A stretch of DNA of 64,000 bases from Sphyrna mokarran. Its lineage: Eukaryota. The stretch's first letter is position 1. Each line of letters begins with the position of its first letter. Shown here piece after piece: positions 1 to 14,811 of the stretch. The notes beneath the pieces were generated by a model. That model searched no databases. It saw nothing but the letters and a program-made list of their open reading frames with translations, and was not told the origin of the DNA. Location of the stretch: assembly GCA_024679065.1 (NCBI GenBank), contig JAGIQG010000004.1:95294001-95358000 (forward strand). The letters are read 5' to 3'. The translations under genes and the position numbers were made by a program.

Positions 1-59
1 AAGATGCTACAGTGTGTCAATGAGTACAGGGTGATTAATGAGCAGGTCTTAGTGCATGT

Positions 60-310
60 TGAAACATGGGCAGTAGAACTTCCAATGACATGAATATTAC
101 AGATGGTAGAAGGGGGAAGGACAGTCAGAAGTGCATTGGAATAGTCAATAGAAGCAACAGAGGCATGAATGATGATTTCAGTAGAAGATGAACAAAGACA
201 GAGGTGAAGATAGGTAGTTATGGAAGTGGAAATAGGTCACCTTTGTGAGAGCATGGATACATAGGTGGAAGATCAATTTGGAGCCAAATGTGATACCAAG
301 GTTGCAAACA
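60..310 (-). mobile_element. Degenerate L2-clade LINE fragment
   Basis: Resembles the common shark L2 RT 3' region (ggaaataggtc...gagccaaatgtgataccaaggttgcaaac). Confidence 0.5.
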
Positions 311-354
311 GATTTATTAATACAAAAGATGGGGATGGTAGCTAGCGAAAAGAT

Positions 355-485
355 AAAAGCAAAATATTGCGGATGTTGGAATCTGAAACAAAAACAGAAA
401 ATGCTGCAAAGTCTCAGCAGGTCTGGCAGCATCTGTGGAGAGAGATTAGAGCCAACAATTTGAGTCTAGCTGACCAGCTCTTTCA
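355..485 (-). mobile_element. Short Penelope-derived non-autonomous repeat
   Basis: aaaacagaaaatgctg...ctcagcaggtctggcagcatctgtggagagag; a related copy is split at 58880-58977 and 62770-62800. Confidence 0.55.
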
Positions 486-2839
486 TTCTGTCCTGCCACC
501 TTTGATTATTTCAGCGTATGTATACCCAGTCTTGACATTGAATTTCACCTGCTACTTATCTGTCCATTCCACCAACTGTACCTTATTCTTTCTCTTCTTT
601 CTTTGAACTATTATAATTCCGGCTTAATTCAATTAATCTAACAAGGATCAAGGTTTGCATGGCCATGATGCACCATGGATGATTACTTACAATGTGATTG
701 AAAAAAGGTTTGTTTTTCTCATTCTGGCAGTAAAATAACCGCCTAATGCATGAGAAACTATACAGCCAAAGGCATAAAATGTATCACAGTATGTGATATC
801 TATTACTCAACATCGTCCAACAATTTCAGAGTCCGTCAGTACATTTGCTTTGCTAGCTGGTAGAAATTCTGCATATAAATTTGGTATTAATTGGAAAAAA
901 AATACCAGAATGCCAATGGATGCTGTTGAGACTCATTAACATTTTATGAATAAATTTGCTAAAGCACCACAAAATGAAGAAAAATCATGTTTTTGCTAAT
1001 TTTGATTAGCTTCTTCAGGGAAATGGAATTATAAGATAACAATTGCAAAGCTTAGGTAAGTTTTACGATTGTGTCTAGTTATTTTTGTGGAAATGTGAAT
1101 TATGTGTGTACTTAATTTCTGGGGTTCGGGTTTTTTAGTCAATGCTGCATTTTCTGTGAAGCTCATTTTCTATCTGAATCAGAATGATGTCAGTTGAATG
1201 TGATGACTTGCAATTTATCCTCTTGACTGCTTTAATTCAGTGCATGTGCCATAATAGCATTACATTAACAGCCTAAGGCCTGCACTGGACTTCCTTTTCA
1301 AAGAATAGGAGAGTGACTCTAACCCTAATTTATATCAGCAAGATCAAGGCTTCTTGCTGTGTAGCAGCATTTGTGAAAGTGTTTATTCAGAACAGAAAAG
1401 GGCTGAAAGATTTTTTGCACAATATGCAATCATGCAATCATTTATTACAATAAAATTATAAATCTGCTAACTATAGTATCACTGGGGATAATTGGTGATT
1501 CAAGAATTCTCCTGGGTTATACAAAGACACAAAATAGTTGCCATATCATTTATTATTTAAACTGTCAAGAGTGCTGCCAAAAAGATAACTAACCATGTTT
1601 ATTGCCTTTGCACCTAAAAAAAAGACCCTCATTTGAAGATTCTCTTCACAGAGTCATATGGGAGTAATTGGCAGAAACTCAGCGTGCTGATTAATTCAAT
1701 ATAGGGTGTAGTCAATTCTGTGGATGAAGTCAGTTTCCACTATTATGTTTTTCAAAGCACATTAAAAGAGCACAGAAATTCATTTTGTGTTGGTTATAAC
1801 TTGTACTTGACTCAGAATCCTAATTTCGGGTAAGCTCTAGCACATGGTACGTAATTACGTCAAGTTTGGAGTCAAACAGAATAATTTAACATCCTCAAAA
1901 TGCCTAGATATCTTTATCACTGCATACATGTAACATTCTGCAAAATTATTTGTTATATCTGATATGTATATTTGTACTTGTGGCTTCCTTATTATTTACA
2001 AAAGTTACATTTCTTTTCATTGAAAATTGCAAATACAGGACCCAAGCTACATACATTGAATTTATATTTACTGGCAAAGTTCTCGTGATGCCATTAAGTG
2101 AAGATTTTTCCCAGAGTTGACAGAACAAAGGACAAAATCTTGTGAAGGGGACAGTATTTGCAACTGCAGTTGAAAGCACTTGGCCTGTCCCACAATACAA
2201 ATATTTATATAAACAAAATGCTGAGCATTTTGAGATAAATCCTTTTTTGTGCTACCTTATTGTAGTAATCTGGAAAAAGAGATTATGCTACAATGCATGT
2301 GTAATAATTCAGAAATGATTAATTATAATTTAAAATAGAAATTTCATAATGCATTGATTTCCATCAGCAGATACAGTTCTGATAAAGTTTAAGTGTCCCT
2401 GATAATTCAATGAACAATATTCAGGCTTTGCTTGATTGCCAGCATAAGTGTCTTTAGATGAAGATTTCATGATCCAATCAGCCAAACAAATTTTAAAACA
2501 ACTCCCAGTTTTGTCCTTAAAGCTTATACTTTTTTAAAATCTCTTTTTAAAGGCAAGGTCTCCTCAGGGAACTTTCAGACATTGAATGGATTGCTCAACA
2601 TGTTACCAATTCTAAAGCTGATGTTGTATCACTAGTTTTACAAAAGGCAAGTTGAAAATGTACACAAATTGTCATTGTTCAACTCAAATGAAACAACAGC
2701 TTCCTCAATGTTGCATTTCAAGGACTATGTGGTAATCAGATAATATGAGTCCTACACATTCAATAGTGACATCAGCATCATTTAAGACTAGCATCGCAGA
2801 AGACTCTTTGGTATTTAGAGATGCAACAACTGATCAGGG

Positions 2840-3880
2840 ACAGAGATGGCTTTGTGAGCAGAAAATCATGTTTCACAAATTTAATTGGGTTTTTTTAAGG
2901 GGTAATCAAGAAGGTAGATGAAAGCAGTGCAGTTGATGTTGTCTGCATAGACTTTAGCAAGGCCTTTGACAAGGTACTGCACGGTAAGTTGCTGCATAAA
3001 GTTAAATATCACAGGATCCAAGTTGAGGTATCTAAATGGATACAAAATTGGCTTCTTGACAAAAGCCAGAGGGTGGTCATGGAGAATTATTTTTCAAACT
3101 GGAGGCCTGTGACCAGCAGTGTGCCTCAGGGATCAGTGCTGAACCCACTGTTATTTGTCATTTATATTAATGATTTGGATGAGAATAATGAGGGGCATGG
3201 CGAGTAAGTTTGCAGATGACATCAGATTGGTGGCATAGTGGACAGTGAAGAAAGTTATCTCCAATTGCAATGAGATCTTGATCAATTGGGCCAATGGGCT
3301 GACGAATGGCTGATGGAGTTTAATTTAGACAAATGCGAGGTGATGCATTTGGTAGATTGAACCAGGGCAGGACTTATTCAGTTAATGGTACGCCATTGGG
3401 GAGAGTTACAGAACAAAGAGATCTAGGGGTAAATGTTTATAGCTCCTTAAACGTGGGTCATAGATGGTCAGAGTGGTGAAGAAGGCATTTGGCATGCTTA
3501 GTTCAATGGTCAGAATATTAAATACAGGAGTTGGGACATTTTTTTGGAGTTGTTCAAGATATTGGTAAGGCCATACTTGGAATACTGTGTGCAATTTTGG
3601 TTACCCTATTGTAGAAAGGATATTATTAAACTAGAAAGAGTGCAGAAAAGATTTGCTAGGATGCTACCAGGACTTGATGGATTGAGTTGTAAGGAGAGAC
3701 TGAATGGATTAGGGTTTTTTTTCCTCTGGAGTGTAGGACGTTGAGGGATAATCTTATAGAGGTCTATAAAATAATGAAGGACATTGACTACGTACCTTGC
3801 CTATCTCTTTTCCCAAAGGGAGAGGAGTCTAAAACTAGAGGACATAAGTTTAAGATGAGAGGGGAGAGATGCAAAAGAGA
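2840..3880 (+). mobile_element. CR1 LINE, RT and C-terminal region, decayed
   Basis: Translated motifs [64 protein letters not shown], with stops and frameshifts. Confidence 0.92.
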
Positions 3881-5489
3881 TAATGCCTGGACATTGCCCC
3901 TGGTAATACAATGCCATAGGCAGTGCCTTGGAAATGCAAAGAGACTGCTCTGGAACCAAGGTGTGGTTCCAGAGCAGTGCCAGGGTATTGTCCTCCCAGG
4001 GGGATGTACTCATCTGTGCATCTCTTGGGGGAGGGGGATGCATTGTGATTCATGTTGGTATCCAACAAGGTGCAATTACCTGAACTTCAATTCAACTCCT
4101 AGGTTTTAAAGGCCACCTCAGAGGTTCCTTAGCACCTGAACACGCTGCTAAAAATTACCCTCATAAATTTCTGATTTCTAAGACAAATTTCAATGCTTAT
4201 GGATGGGATGCTCAACAATCTATGCCTCAGAGGCAAGCAAAGGACTTAATCAGATATACTTTTAACTTCTTTTTGAGATCTGTGTATGTTATTGTATCTT
4301 TTATAATTTTCCTCAAGTTTAGTAACTAATAAACATATTTGTCCTTTAACATAAAAAATATGGTTTTATTGGCTCCTTATTAAAAAAAATGTATTTGGAT
4401 CAGAAAAGTTAACTAATGGGAAAATAATTTTTGAAAAGTCTTTGATGTGTCTAACTGAGGAGGCTGAATAAAGGAGACCCAGTTCACTTTTTCTCATCCA
4501 GTTATAACAATATTGCCCAAGCAACTTATAATTTCAATAAGGATTTTTAAGCTGGACAAGTCGATGAGCCAAATAAACTGCTCCTATCGATAGCAGATGT
4601 AACTTTAAAATGTGCCTAGGAGTTCTCTTGCATCTAAAAGAAAGTCTATAACCAAGCTTAATTTATAAAAATTTCCACTAGTAATTAATTTATCCTGGGA
4701 ATCTTGGTCAGTTTTGTGGGCAATACCAGCTTCCAGCATCTTATTCTTTAAACCAGCACAAGAGATTGTTGAAATTCAATTTGCATTCAACATAACTAGC
4801 ACTGAAAATATCCAAATTTAAGTACCAGTTAAGGTCAAGTTCACCTAAATTACATTAAAAAAGTACAAATACATGGAAACACTCCCACATTAACTTAAGA
4901 AAAGTTAATGGTGTCAGTGATTTAGTAGCTTTGCAAAATGCTGTGTTAATTGACATATACCGCAGAAACTTTCTCCTATTGTTACTCTCCTCTGAGTGAA
5001 AGAGATTGCAATAGGTCCATTTAAGACACACCCACGTCAAGTGAGCTACTGAAGACTGCAGGGCCCAATAATTCTAACTCATGTCAGGAAACTCTCACAT
5101 AATGACCAAGCCTTCAAAACATTAACTTCTTAACATACATTCTATAGTTCTCTGCGTCTTGTCTATGTTTCTGATTCCAAATGCAGATAATATGAAAATG
5201 AGAGTATATCAATATAATGAGCTCTGATTAAAAATCTTAAAGGATCACTTTGGCCAAAGGTTGATGGGTACTGTGCTAGTAACAAATGTCTGTTTGACAT
5301 CTGGACATAACTTTGATCCGAATTGCTGATTATCATAATTTCAACTTGCCTGGACCTGTTAAACTGGAAACCTGTAAGTTCAGAACAAAAGTGATGATGC
5401 AATTTTCAAAGAGCAATAAATCTGGTCTCCTTGCACCCACTTCCACTGATGGTGTGGAGTGAGTTGGTTGGCATTCAGAGACACGGGAA

Positions 5490-5590
5490 TGACAGAAACA
5501 GCACCAAAGTTTCAGATACAGCACAGGAGGCTCTGGTGGAAGACGTCCAACTTAAGATGGATGTCCTGTACCTTCAGGGAAGGACACTAT
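5490..5590 (+). mobile_element. Harbinger Myb/SANT-gene remnant
   Basis: Frameshifted APKF-DTAQEALVEDVQLKMDVLY resembles the APRFSD..LE.LV..V...RDVL start of the Myb_DNA-bind_5 domain. Confidence 0.4.
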
Positions 5591-6854
5591 TTTGTCCATC
5601 ACACTTCTAGTCTCTCTCTCTCCTGTAGCAGTTCATGTTGCTCTGGCTAGTTCAAGTCCACCACCCACTCCTTATCAAAGCTGAGAGGGGCTCCTAGCAA
5701 GATGCCCATGATCAAGTACTCTGCTCCTTCCAATAACTCCAATATGATTTCTAATAAGTTGCAACAGCACACATTTACTTTTGTTTTAGGTTAAGACCTC
5801 TGAGAATTTCCAGAATAAATGTTATTCTAGTGTTGCTGAAGTCTTGGCAAAGTTTGCCAGAAATTTTCCAGCAGCAAGTTAATATGAAATGCTGAATATC
5901 CCTTTAAAATTTGGCATCAATGCTGTGTTTACTTAGAAGCAGCTGGTTGCTGTCAGGAAGAAGCATTGAGTCGCTGCCAATATGTCATGCAGTCTCCTTT
6001 AATGAGTGTAAGCAAACATTTTAAATGGCAAAAAGGCTTTTGGGTGGTCATTTCTTGCATAAGTTTTAACTGCTTTAACAATTTCTGATTAAACTAACAC
6101 TTGATCTTAAGGCCCCACCTTAGTGACCTCAGAGGCTCTTTTGCACCTGAACACATTGCCAAAAATTGCCTCAAAAACTCCTCAATAACACCCTCAAAAA
6201 CTACTTCTTTTACCTCAAAAATATTCCTCAGTTCTCCCAGTACCCCTTTTGAAGAGGAATGACTCTGGGCACAGTTCAGATATTCTACCAAACACATTCT
6301 CATTTATTCAAGTCCCCTTCAAAATGCTTATAACTTTATCCCATTCTCAGCAATCTTTCACATCTGAATATTGTACTCTCGACATAGAAGTAATTCTAGG
6401 ATGCTGGCCATGTAGGTATCTATTAATGCTGCTTTTTAAATTGCACATTACTGTGCCATCACCGCAGCACTTAAACTTTTGATGATATCCATCATTTTAT
6501 CAACCCAAGAAATCTTACAGTTCCCAAGTACAATGGTTATCTTTATTTTTTCAATGATAACACTATAGTATAGAAAAGATAAAGCAGAATATCAAAACAT
6601 GATTACCCATAAGTATGATCAGAGATGGATTTAGCTTTATTTGATGCTACATTTCCGTAATCCAATTTTATTCCTGTTGACAAGAAACTTGTAGAAAAAA
6701 ATAAAAATATGTTGATAATGATTTTGAACTGTTAGGTCATATCTCATTCATCAACGATACCTACAATAAAATGACAGGCACAAATTAGTAGGGGTATTCT
6801 AGGGTATGCTACAGAAACAATGAAGCATAAAATGGCATGACTATATTGTCAATT

Positions 6855-7195
6855 GATAGGGTAAATAAAAGGGAACCAGTCAATATACTTGGATTTCCAA
6901 AAAGCCTTCAATAAGGTGTCATACATAAGATCAACACAGAAGATAAAGAGTCATGGAGTTAGTAGTAATATATTGGCATAGATGAGTTTGATTACTGTGT
7001 AGAAAGCAGAATGCAGGAAGTAATGGGCCATTTTTAACTAATGGAGGGCACAGGATCAATGCTGGGCTTTCAGCTATTCACATTTATATTAATGGCTTCG
7101 ATGAAGAGACCTAGAATAACGTATCCAAGTTTGCTGGAAATACAAAATCAAGTGAGAATGTAAGCTGTGAGGAGGACACAAAGAAGCTACAAAGA
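6855..7195 (+). mobile_element. CR1 LINE RT fragment, highly decayed
   Basis: YLDFQKAFNKV motif, GSMLG and SKFA remnants. Confidence 0.7.
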
Positions 7196-7329
7196 GCTTT
7201 ACCGGCTGATTTGATGCACGTCTTTCAAACTTGGTCTTTTCAGGTCTTTTCTTGGTCTTTCTACTGAGCATCAAAATAATCACTCTTGGCTGAGCACAGA
7301 TTCAGCCCATGCACTGAATCCCTCACTAG

Positions 7330-7640
7330 TACCATTTAAAGGATACTTGCAGGTGAGGTGCTTTTGATTGTGAAGGAACCTCTGGAAATACTATGGTTTG
7401 CTTTTGGAAAGCTGTGGGTGGGCACGAAATGCATTGTATTTTGTATCCTATTTTGCAAGAAGGGTGGGTGCTGTAGTTGCAGTGCCTCGGGATCTGCAAC
7501 AGAATTGATAGATAGAGCAGAGACTGTAGAGAGAGAAAGCTCTGGAAAAAGGTATGGGGGAAGGAGGAGGAAAAGGGCTTTACACTGAAAACCCTAATAA
7601 CAACAAGTTTTCGAAATGCACTTCCCATAACTCTACCACA
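7330..7640 (+). mobile_element. Harbinger transposase 5' remnant
   Basis: GAVVAVP followed by RRRKRAL..P..QVF..HF, typical of the N-terminus of shark Harbinger transposases; many stops. Confidence 0.35.
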
Positions 7641-9074
7641 CCCAGAAACAATGCTTGAGGTGATGCAGATTCAATAAGGAGGTGGTCAGAGATTTGTGGT
7701 AGATCCTTCACAACATAGTGAGAATAGCACATGCGAATGGCCACCCCCTGCCCGATGTGAATCTTGGGCATCAGGGCACTGAAGCCCTTCCAATGGCTCC
7801 TCTTTCATGACCAATGACATGCCCTCTTCATACTCAGCCTCTGCATGACCTCTCCTGCATAGCCCTCCCATTATACCTCCAGGCATGATCATGATCCCTG
7901 ACACGTGCTCTTTCATGATCCCGGATATGTCCCCCTTCATGCTCCACTGCTGCATGAAACCTCCCAGTATGATGTCCCCTGCACAGACTCCCCTACATAG
8001 TGCCCACCCCCCATTGTAACCCCCTAATCAAGCCCCATCCCCACTTAGTGTCATGTGAGTGGAGCCTGTCTCTGGCTAACTGGCTGTGCACATCTGTCAC
8101 TGCCAAATCAGCACTGCTCAATCATGTCCATTACCACCAGAAGGTTTTAGTATCTGAGCACATCGGCATTGTCATCATGCCTGTTTGTGATTCTCACCTG
8201 ACTCACGCCATGCCTGAAGGCTGGATGATCCCAGGAGCTGGGAGAATCTGACAGTGAACAAGCTATGCAAATTTAAATACTATTCTAAAGATACTAAACA
8301 GCAATCTGGTTTGCACCATTAAGAAGGAACTTGGATGACTGCACGCCATTTGGCACTGAGCGTAAAACCAATTTTAAGGCCACCTTACTATTTTCTGTGA
8401 TTGGTGTGACCTGTGCCAGGCACAATGGGGTCAAAAAATCATGTCCATTGTCTCACTCCTATTTATCCACATGACCCAGGGACTACAGTGCCACCTGGGC
8501 AGCCTCTCTTTGCCCTGGTGCTTTCATTTTCTCAGTCTCCAATTGCAATAGTGGCACCCAGCTTCCTTCCAAGTCAATGCCGCTCCCCTTTAAGAAGGCC
8601 AAATTCCCTTAAAGAGTTAGAGACATCTAGAACACATGCTAGCTTTGCAAGCTGTTAAGTCCCTTGTTGAGGGCATTATGATTGGCTACACACTTTTTTC
8701 TGTGTTCTTGACTTTAAAACTACTGATTTGAGGCTGTTTCTCCTGCTCAGAATCATCTTTTAAGATATAATGAACTGAGGAATCATTGATGCTGCCAGTG
8801 GAGAGGAACTAACAGTAGCACTAATGGCTATGTTAGACACAACAGTGCAATGGGATTAAGTTTATATTATCTAACTAAGGCAACATGTTGAAAACCTAGG
8901 GGAAAAAATTGGATAACCTCTGCAAGTGAGTGTGGAAATCACAATGCATGATTAACCTGTGCTCATTCAAACAAATGCAAATATCACACAAATATTGTAC
9001 TGCCCGCTGACTATGGTGTTGGCAAACAGCCCTGTGCTCAATGGGCTATTGGCCAATTAATAGCCTCATCAGTT

Positions 9075-9345
9075 TAAAGTTTATTTATTATTAATGTCAC
9101 AAGTAGGCTTACATTAACACTGTAATGAAGTTACTGTGAAAATCTCCTAGTCACCACATTGTGTCACCTATTTAGGTACATGGAGGGAGGATTTAGCATG
9201 GCCAATCCACCTAACCAGCATGTCTTTTGGACTGTGGGAGGAAGCCGAAGCACTCGAGGAAACGCACACAGACACAGAGAAAATGTGCAAACTTCACACA
9301 GACCCAAGCCAGGAATCTAACCAAGCCCCGGCGCTGTGAGGCAGA
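9075..9345 (-). mobile_element. HE1 V-SINE
   Basis: V-core ggccaatccacctaacc..ttggactgtgggaggaagccg..tgcaaacttcacacagac plus tRNA-derived head remnant. Confidence 0.85.
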
Positions 9346-11939
9346 ATAAATATGAAGCTAGATTCAGAAGAACAGATATTCAAGGAACGAATTGTTGGAC
9401 GAAGAAATCATAAAGAAGCAAAGTAATTAAGGGATTTCAACATAAACATGTAGATCCTATAGGAGAGGGTGATAAGTGAGTAGGGCTTTGTGTAGATATG
9501 TTATAAGCAGCAAAACTTTGAATGAGCTGTAGCCTGTGGAAAGACTGATGATTTAATAAGACTGGTTAGTTAAAGGTAGAGCTAAGCACTGTGCCACTGT
9601 ATGATTCTTCTGCTGCCATTTTACCAGCACCAGTTTGCCTGTCATGATTGCGGACTTAAGTGGGTGGAGAGTGGTAACTCTTTTTAGGGCATCTTATGCT
9701 CAATGGAGGCCTCTCCAACCATCCTTTCCCCGTGTCATGTTAATCACCACCCTCAGTCATACTTTTGATCACTGGGCCTCCACTCCTTTTGCTGAAGCCT
9801 GCCTTATCATCCCCACTGTTGAAGTTGCTCTTAGCTTGACATCTGGCTTCACAGGAGGTTCCTCATGGGGGATGGCTGCAGCCCTAGTAGTGGCCAGCGC
9901 TCCCAATTATTGTTCTGGGATTGGAGAGCTGCCAACCAATTGATTGGCTGGTAGATCATAGAGGTAAGACATCTTTTAAATGAGGGCTGAAGCCATGACT
10001 TAAGCCTGATAACCAATAAATCTATTTGAGGCTTCCTGCAAAGGCAGACTCGAAGCCGACTTTTCAATCGGTGGATGTTGGGTTTTGCAAAAAATTCTGG
10101 AGGTTCTGCACTTGCAACAAAATTATGTTAGTGGAGTAAAAGCAGCTTAGAGGACATTTCCAGCCAATGTCTTTCCATAATGTGACTTCTTTACATTGTA
10201 TATAATTCAAAATTAATATTATAAGATGTATACCTGGAAAATAAAATGAGTACCCACAATAACCTTCCATAAAGGACATGTTATATTTGAATAATATATG
10301 CCCAGGTTTTGCCTCTATCACAAACATGCTACAATATCACAGTATAGTTTAGGATGCAAACTATGAGCCATTTTTTTCAAAAGGATAGTTGCATAAAAGA
10401 TAAAATTACATTGATGACTTAGGAACATAAGAAATACAATTAATGACTTCATTTCTATTTTACATCATAAGAACCCCTTTAGAATATACGCTTTGTATAT
10501 TGCAGACAGTAGTAATTTTATAAAGATCACCTTTTTGGAAGTTTGTATGTTAGTAACACCTTGAACAGTGTTCAGCTTCCATTTTCTCCAATTCTAACAC
10601 AGTCTGCAAGATATTGTAACAATCAATAACAATTACAAATTTATTTTCATGTTGATAAGTTACTATTCTAACTATAGTTACTATACTATAATTACAGTCA
10701 TTATTTGAATCATGAATCATTTCTATTATTGTGTTTTAATTTAATATATTAACACTAATATGCAACAAAGCTGTACCAATTATTTTAATAAATCCAAGTT
10801 ACGTGAAGGCATTTTGAAGCTTCCAGATATGGGACTGAATTATTTGAATGGTGTGGTCTTATTGCCCCCGTGGCCACGACTGCCCCATAACCAATTTAGG
10901 CTTCAATGAGCTTTGGTTGGATGCAGGCAGAAATTTTGCCTTGCTCTCAGGAGAGCTTTTGAGAGCTGCCAGATAATTTGATTAGCCAGCAGCTCTCTAA
11001 TTTCTACAGAAACAGCACTACAATCCCTTTCTGTTCAAGGATGTTCAAGAAAGCATTGGAAGACCCTCAAGTAGTAAGTCACTTCTGACACTGCAGTTGG
11101 TGAGGCGTGAAATGTGGAATTCTTTGCCACCTGCGAGGCATCTCCTCCAAGGATGGCAGCAAGCATCCCTTCATTTGCTGCTAAAATGGCTTAATTGGCA
11201 GGAAGACCATCCTTCTCCACTGTTGGTAAAATACCATGACAGCAGGAAGACAACAACAAGTACTCCACTTGTTGTCTTCCTTCATCATTTTACGGTTCAC
11301 CCATTTGCTTCTCAATTCATTTTCAGCTGGTAAAATCCAACTCTCTGTATCAGGCCACCAATATCATTTCCAGCATTATTTTATTGGGTACATATTGTCA
11401 CTTTTTAATATTAATATTAATACACCTACAGCTGTTGGTAAGAGCAGGATAGCCTCCTGGTCAGGCATACTTGACACAGATTGAAGCACCTCATGTAATA
11501 GCCAATTGTAACAGAAAGTGACCTGGGGTGGAATTTTGCTCCCAAAAAACTAAGGACTGGATTCTCCAACCTTGCCCGCAATTGGGATTCTCCTGCTGCT
11601 AGAAATTAGAGATTTGGCTGAGTGCCAATGGCGGTAAGGCAAGAATGGTTGGAGAATTCAAGCTAAGTGTCATAATGGTGAGAATAATGGAGTGCTCTGC
11701 ATTGTATATGGGGTTGGGGGGATTTGCCTAAACACATCATTGAGCTTGGCTTCAGAGTGCCCTGGTGCTATTTTGCAAGATTTCACAGTACATTGGGAGA
11801 TTCACCCATGTACATTAGAACTACCACCCTCCTTCTTCAATGGCATGTTCCCCTATCGCCTCCCACATAATGGTCGCCAGCATCAGGGCCCTTCCAACGG
11901 GTCCACCTGCCTGATCCCCAACATACCCTCCCCCATCAA

Positions 11940-13500
11940 CACTGCCTTCACAATTCCCCCCATCATCACTCTCTTCATGCTCCCCACCATCATTATCTTC
12001 ATGCCCCATCATCATTACTGTCTTCACACCCTGCCCCATCATCACTGTTGTCATGCCCCATCATCATCACTGTCGTCATGCCCCACCATCATCACTGTCT
12101 TCACACTCCCCACCATTATCACTTCTTCATGCTCCCCACTATCATCACTGTCTTAATGTCCCCATCATCACTGTCTTAATACCCCATCACCATTGTCTTT
12201 ATGCCCCCCACCATTGCTGTCTTCATGCCCCCCATCATCACTGTCTTAATACCCCATCATCACTGTCCTCTTGGCCCCATCATCACTTCTTAATGCCACC
12301 ATCATCACTGTCTTCATGCTGCCATCATCACTTCTTAATGCCCCCATCACCACTGTCTTTACGCTCCACATCATCACTGTCTTCATGCTGCCATCATCAC
12401 TTCTTAACGCCTCCATCATCACTGTCTTTACGCCCCCCATCATCGCAGTCTTCATGCCCCCCATCATTGATGTCTTCATCCCCCCCCATCATCACTGTCT
12501 TTCGACCCCCCATCATCACTGTCTTTACGCCCCCCCATCACTGCTGTCTTCATGTCCCTCATCATCACTGTCTTTACGTTCCCCCATCATCGCTGTCTTC
12601 ATGCCCCCCATCATCACTGTCTTAATACCCCATCACAACTGTCTTTATGTGCCCCATTATCGCTGTCTTCATACCACCCATCATCACTGTCTTAATACCC
12701 CATCACAACTCTCTTTATGTCCCCCATCATCACTGTCTTCATGCCCTCCCATCACCACTGTCTTTCTGCCCCCATCACCACTGTCTTCATGCCCCCATCG
12801 TTATTACCGTCTTCATGCCCCCCATCATCACTGTCTTCATGCCCCCCCATCATCACTGTGTTCATGCCCCATCATCATCACTGTCTTCGTGCGTCCATCA
12901 TCATACCCCCATCATCACTGTCTTAATGACCCCATCGTCACTGTCTTCATGCCCCCATCATCACTTCTTAATGCCCCCATCGTCACTATCTTAATGCCCC
13001 CATCGTCACAGTCTTCATGCCCCAATCATCACTTCTTAATGTCCCCATCATCACTGTCTTAATGACCCCATCATCATCACTGTCTTTGTGCCCCCATCAC
13101 CATTGTCCTCATGCATCCCATCATCACTGTCTTAATACCCTATCATCACTGTCTTCATGCCCTCCATCATCACTGTCTTCACGCTCCCCCATTATCGCTG
13201 TCTTCATGCCTTCCATCATCACTGTCTTCATGCCCCCTATCACTACTGTCTTTATACTCTCATCATCACTATCTGCACGCCCCCCATCATTATGGTCTTC
13301 ATGCCCCCTATCATCACTATCTTCATGCCCCTCCATCACTGTCTTAATGCCCCCCATTATCATAGTCTTCATGCCACCATCATCACTGTCTTCATGCCCC
13401 CATCATCATTACTGTCTTCATATCCCCATTATCATCACTGTCTTTGTGCCCCCTTCATTACTGTCTTCATGTCCTCCATCATCACTGTCTTCATGCCCTT
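11940..13500. repeat. Minisatellite, ~20-26 bp unit CCCC(C)ATCATCACTGTCTT(C/A)ATG, roughly 65-70 degenerate copies
   Basis: Directly visible tandem array with strong C/G strand skew; produces spurious His/Pro/Ser ORFs. Confidence 0.97.
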
Positions 13501-14811
13501 AATGGATCTGTGGTCATGCTACCTTGGCTATGTTATCCCTTACATTTATCACTCTCCTTCCTTATCTCCTGTCTCCTCTCCTACAAGGAAAAAGAAGGCT
13601 ATCACGGAGACTGAGTGCTTCTTCTCTATCCTACTTCCATGATACGGCACAGCCAAATAGGAAACTGTCAATATGGCCTTTGTCTTAGAGAAGGTAGCCA
13701 ATAACACCTTTTCATTACTAAGATTAATGATGACACGGTAGCTATTGGAAAGATAGCCCTCCAGAACCAAATGGCATTAAACTTTGTTTTAGCAGCCAAG
13801 TGGGGAAAGTGAAATTTAATTGGCTCTGAATGTTGCTCTTATATACCAGATAACTCAGAATCCATCACTGATTTGGCCGAGCATTTCTAAAAGGAAGTCG
13901 AGAAACTCAAGCATCCTCCATCATCTACCTTTGCAGCTCAGCTTCAGGATGGTTGGGTTCCCTGAGAACATCTATAGTGCAGAGAATTGTGTTTTTCTTG
14001 GTGTTTTTCTTGATTATGTAACTCATTTTAATTATTGTTGCAAGTGAGCTATGGGTGAGGCTTCAAATGTTTCTCCCTGTCATATCGCCTCCCCTCCTGT
14101 TGACTCTTTTGCCGATGCATATACATAATCAAGCTCAATACGTGTACTAGCCAAGCTGTGCTTTCTCTTCTATTGAAGGCTGCTCATTAAAAATAGATGA
14201 GAATGTTTTACAATATCAGCTCTAGTTTGCTTCATTTTTTTTCAGGAAGAATTAAAGGAGGAATGTGGAAGCCAACCATTTTAATTTTTATAATTTTTTT
14301 TAGTATTTCTACAATGTATTTATACTAATATTTTTTCATGGGATAAATCATGCTGAGGTTTCAGGTTTTACTTGCACCGGTAAAGTTATAAAATGAGATG
14401 TGCAATGCACATTCACAGCTCATGATCAGCTTAACTTTGGCAGGGACAGCTAACTTGCATACAGTGCATGATCAGAGGTCAGAACCAATTAGTGTTGGCC
14501 ACCTCTGTAAATGTGTTTAATTAACCAACAAATGTAAATGGTCGTTCTCTGGAGAAATGTATAATAATGTTAAGAGACAAGAGAAGGAGACTAGTAACAT
14601 CATGTAAGACAAAGAAGGAACTCCTAATAAATTTGTATGCTTGTATCAACTACAAGGCATCTGCAAATTTTTGAACCTTGCAATTTTTAAGTACTACTTA
14701 AATAAACTAATCAGCCTTGTGCCCTGTCTGGGTGTGATCTGGTTCACGCCTGTTCAGGGGTTGGGAAGATTGCAAATTGTTTCATGCTAGGTGTGAAACT
14801 GATTTTTAGGC

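Noticed and set aside
4855-5402. Possible further small fsip2 exons (acceptors near 4990 and 5370)
   Set aside because: Acceptor-like signals exist, but there is no recognisable homology or consistent phase and donor.
11940-13500. CRISPR-like array
   Set aside because: Units are contiguous and degenerate with no unique spacers, there are no cas genes, and the context is vertebrate.
11692-13642. Many His/Pro/Ser- or Met/Thr/Val-rich ORFs of up to 263 aa
   Set aside because: By-products of the stop-poor minisatellite, open in several frames on both strands.
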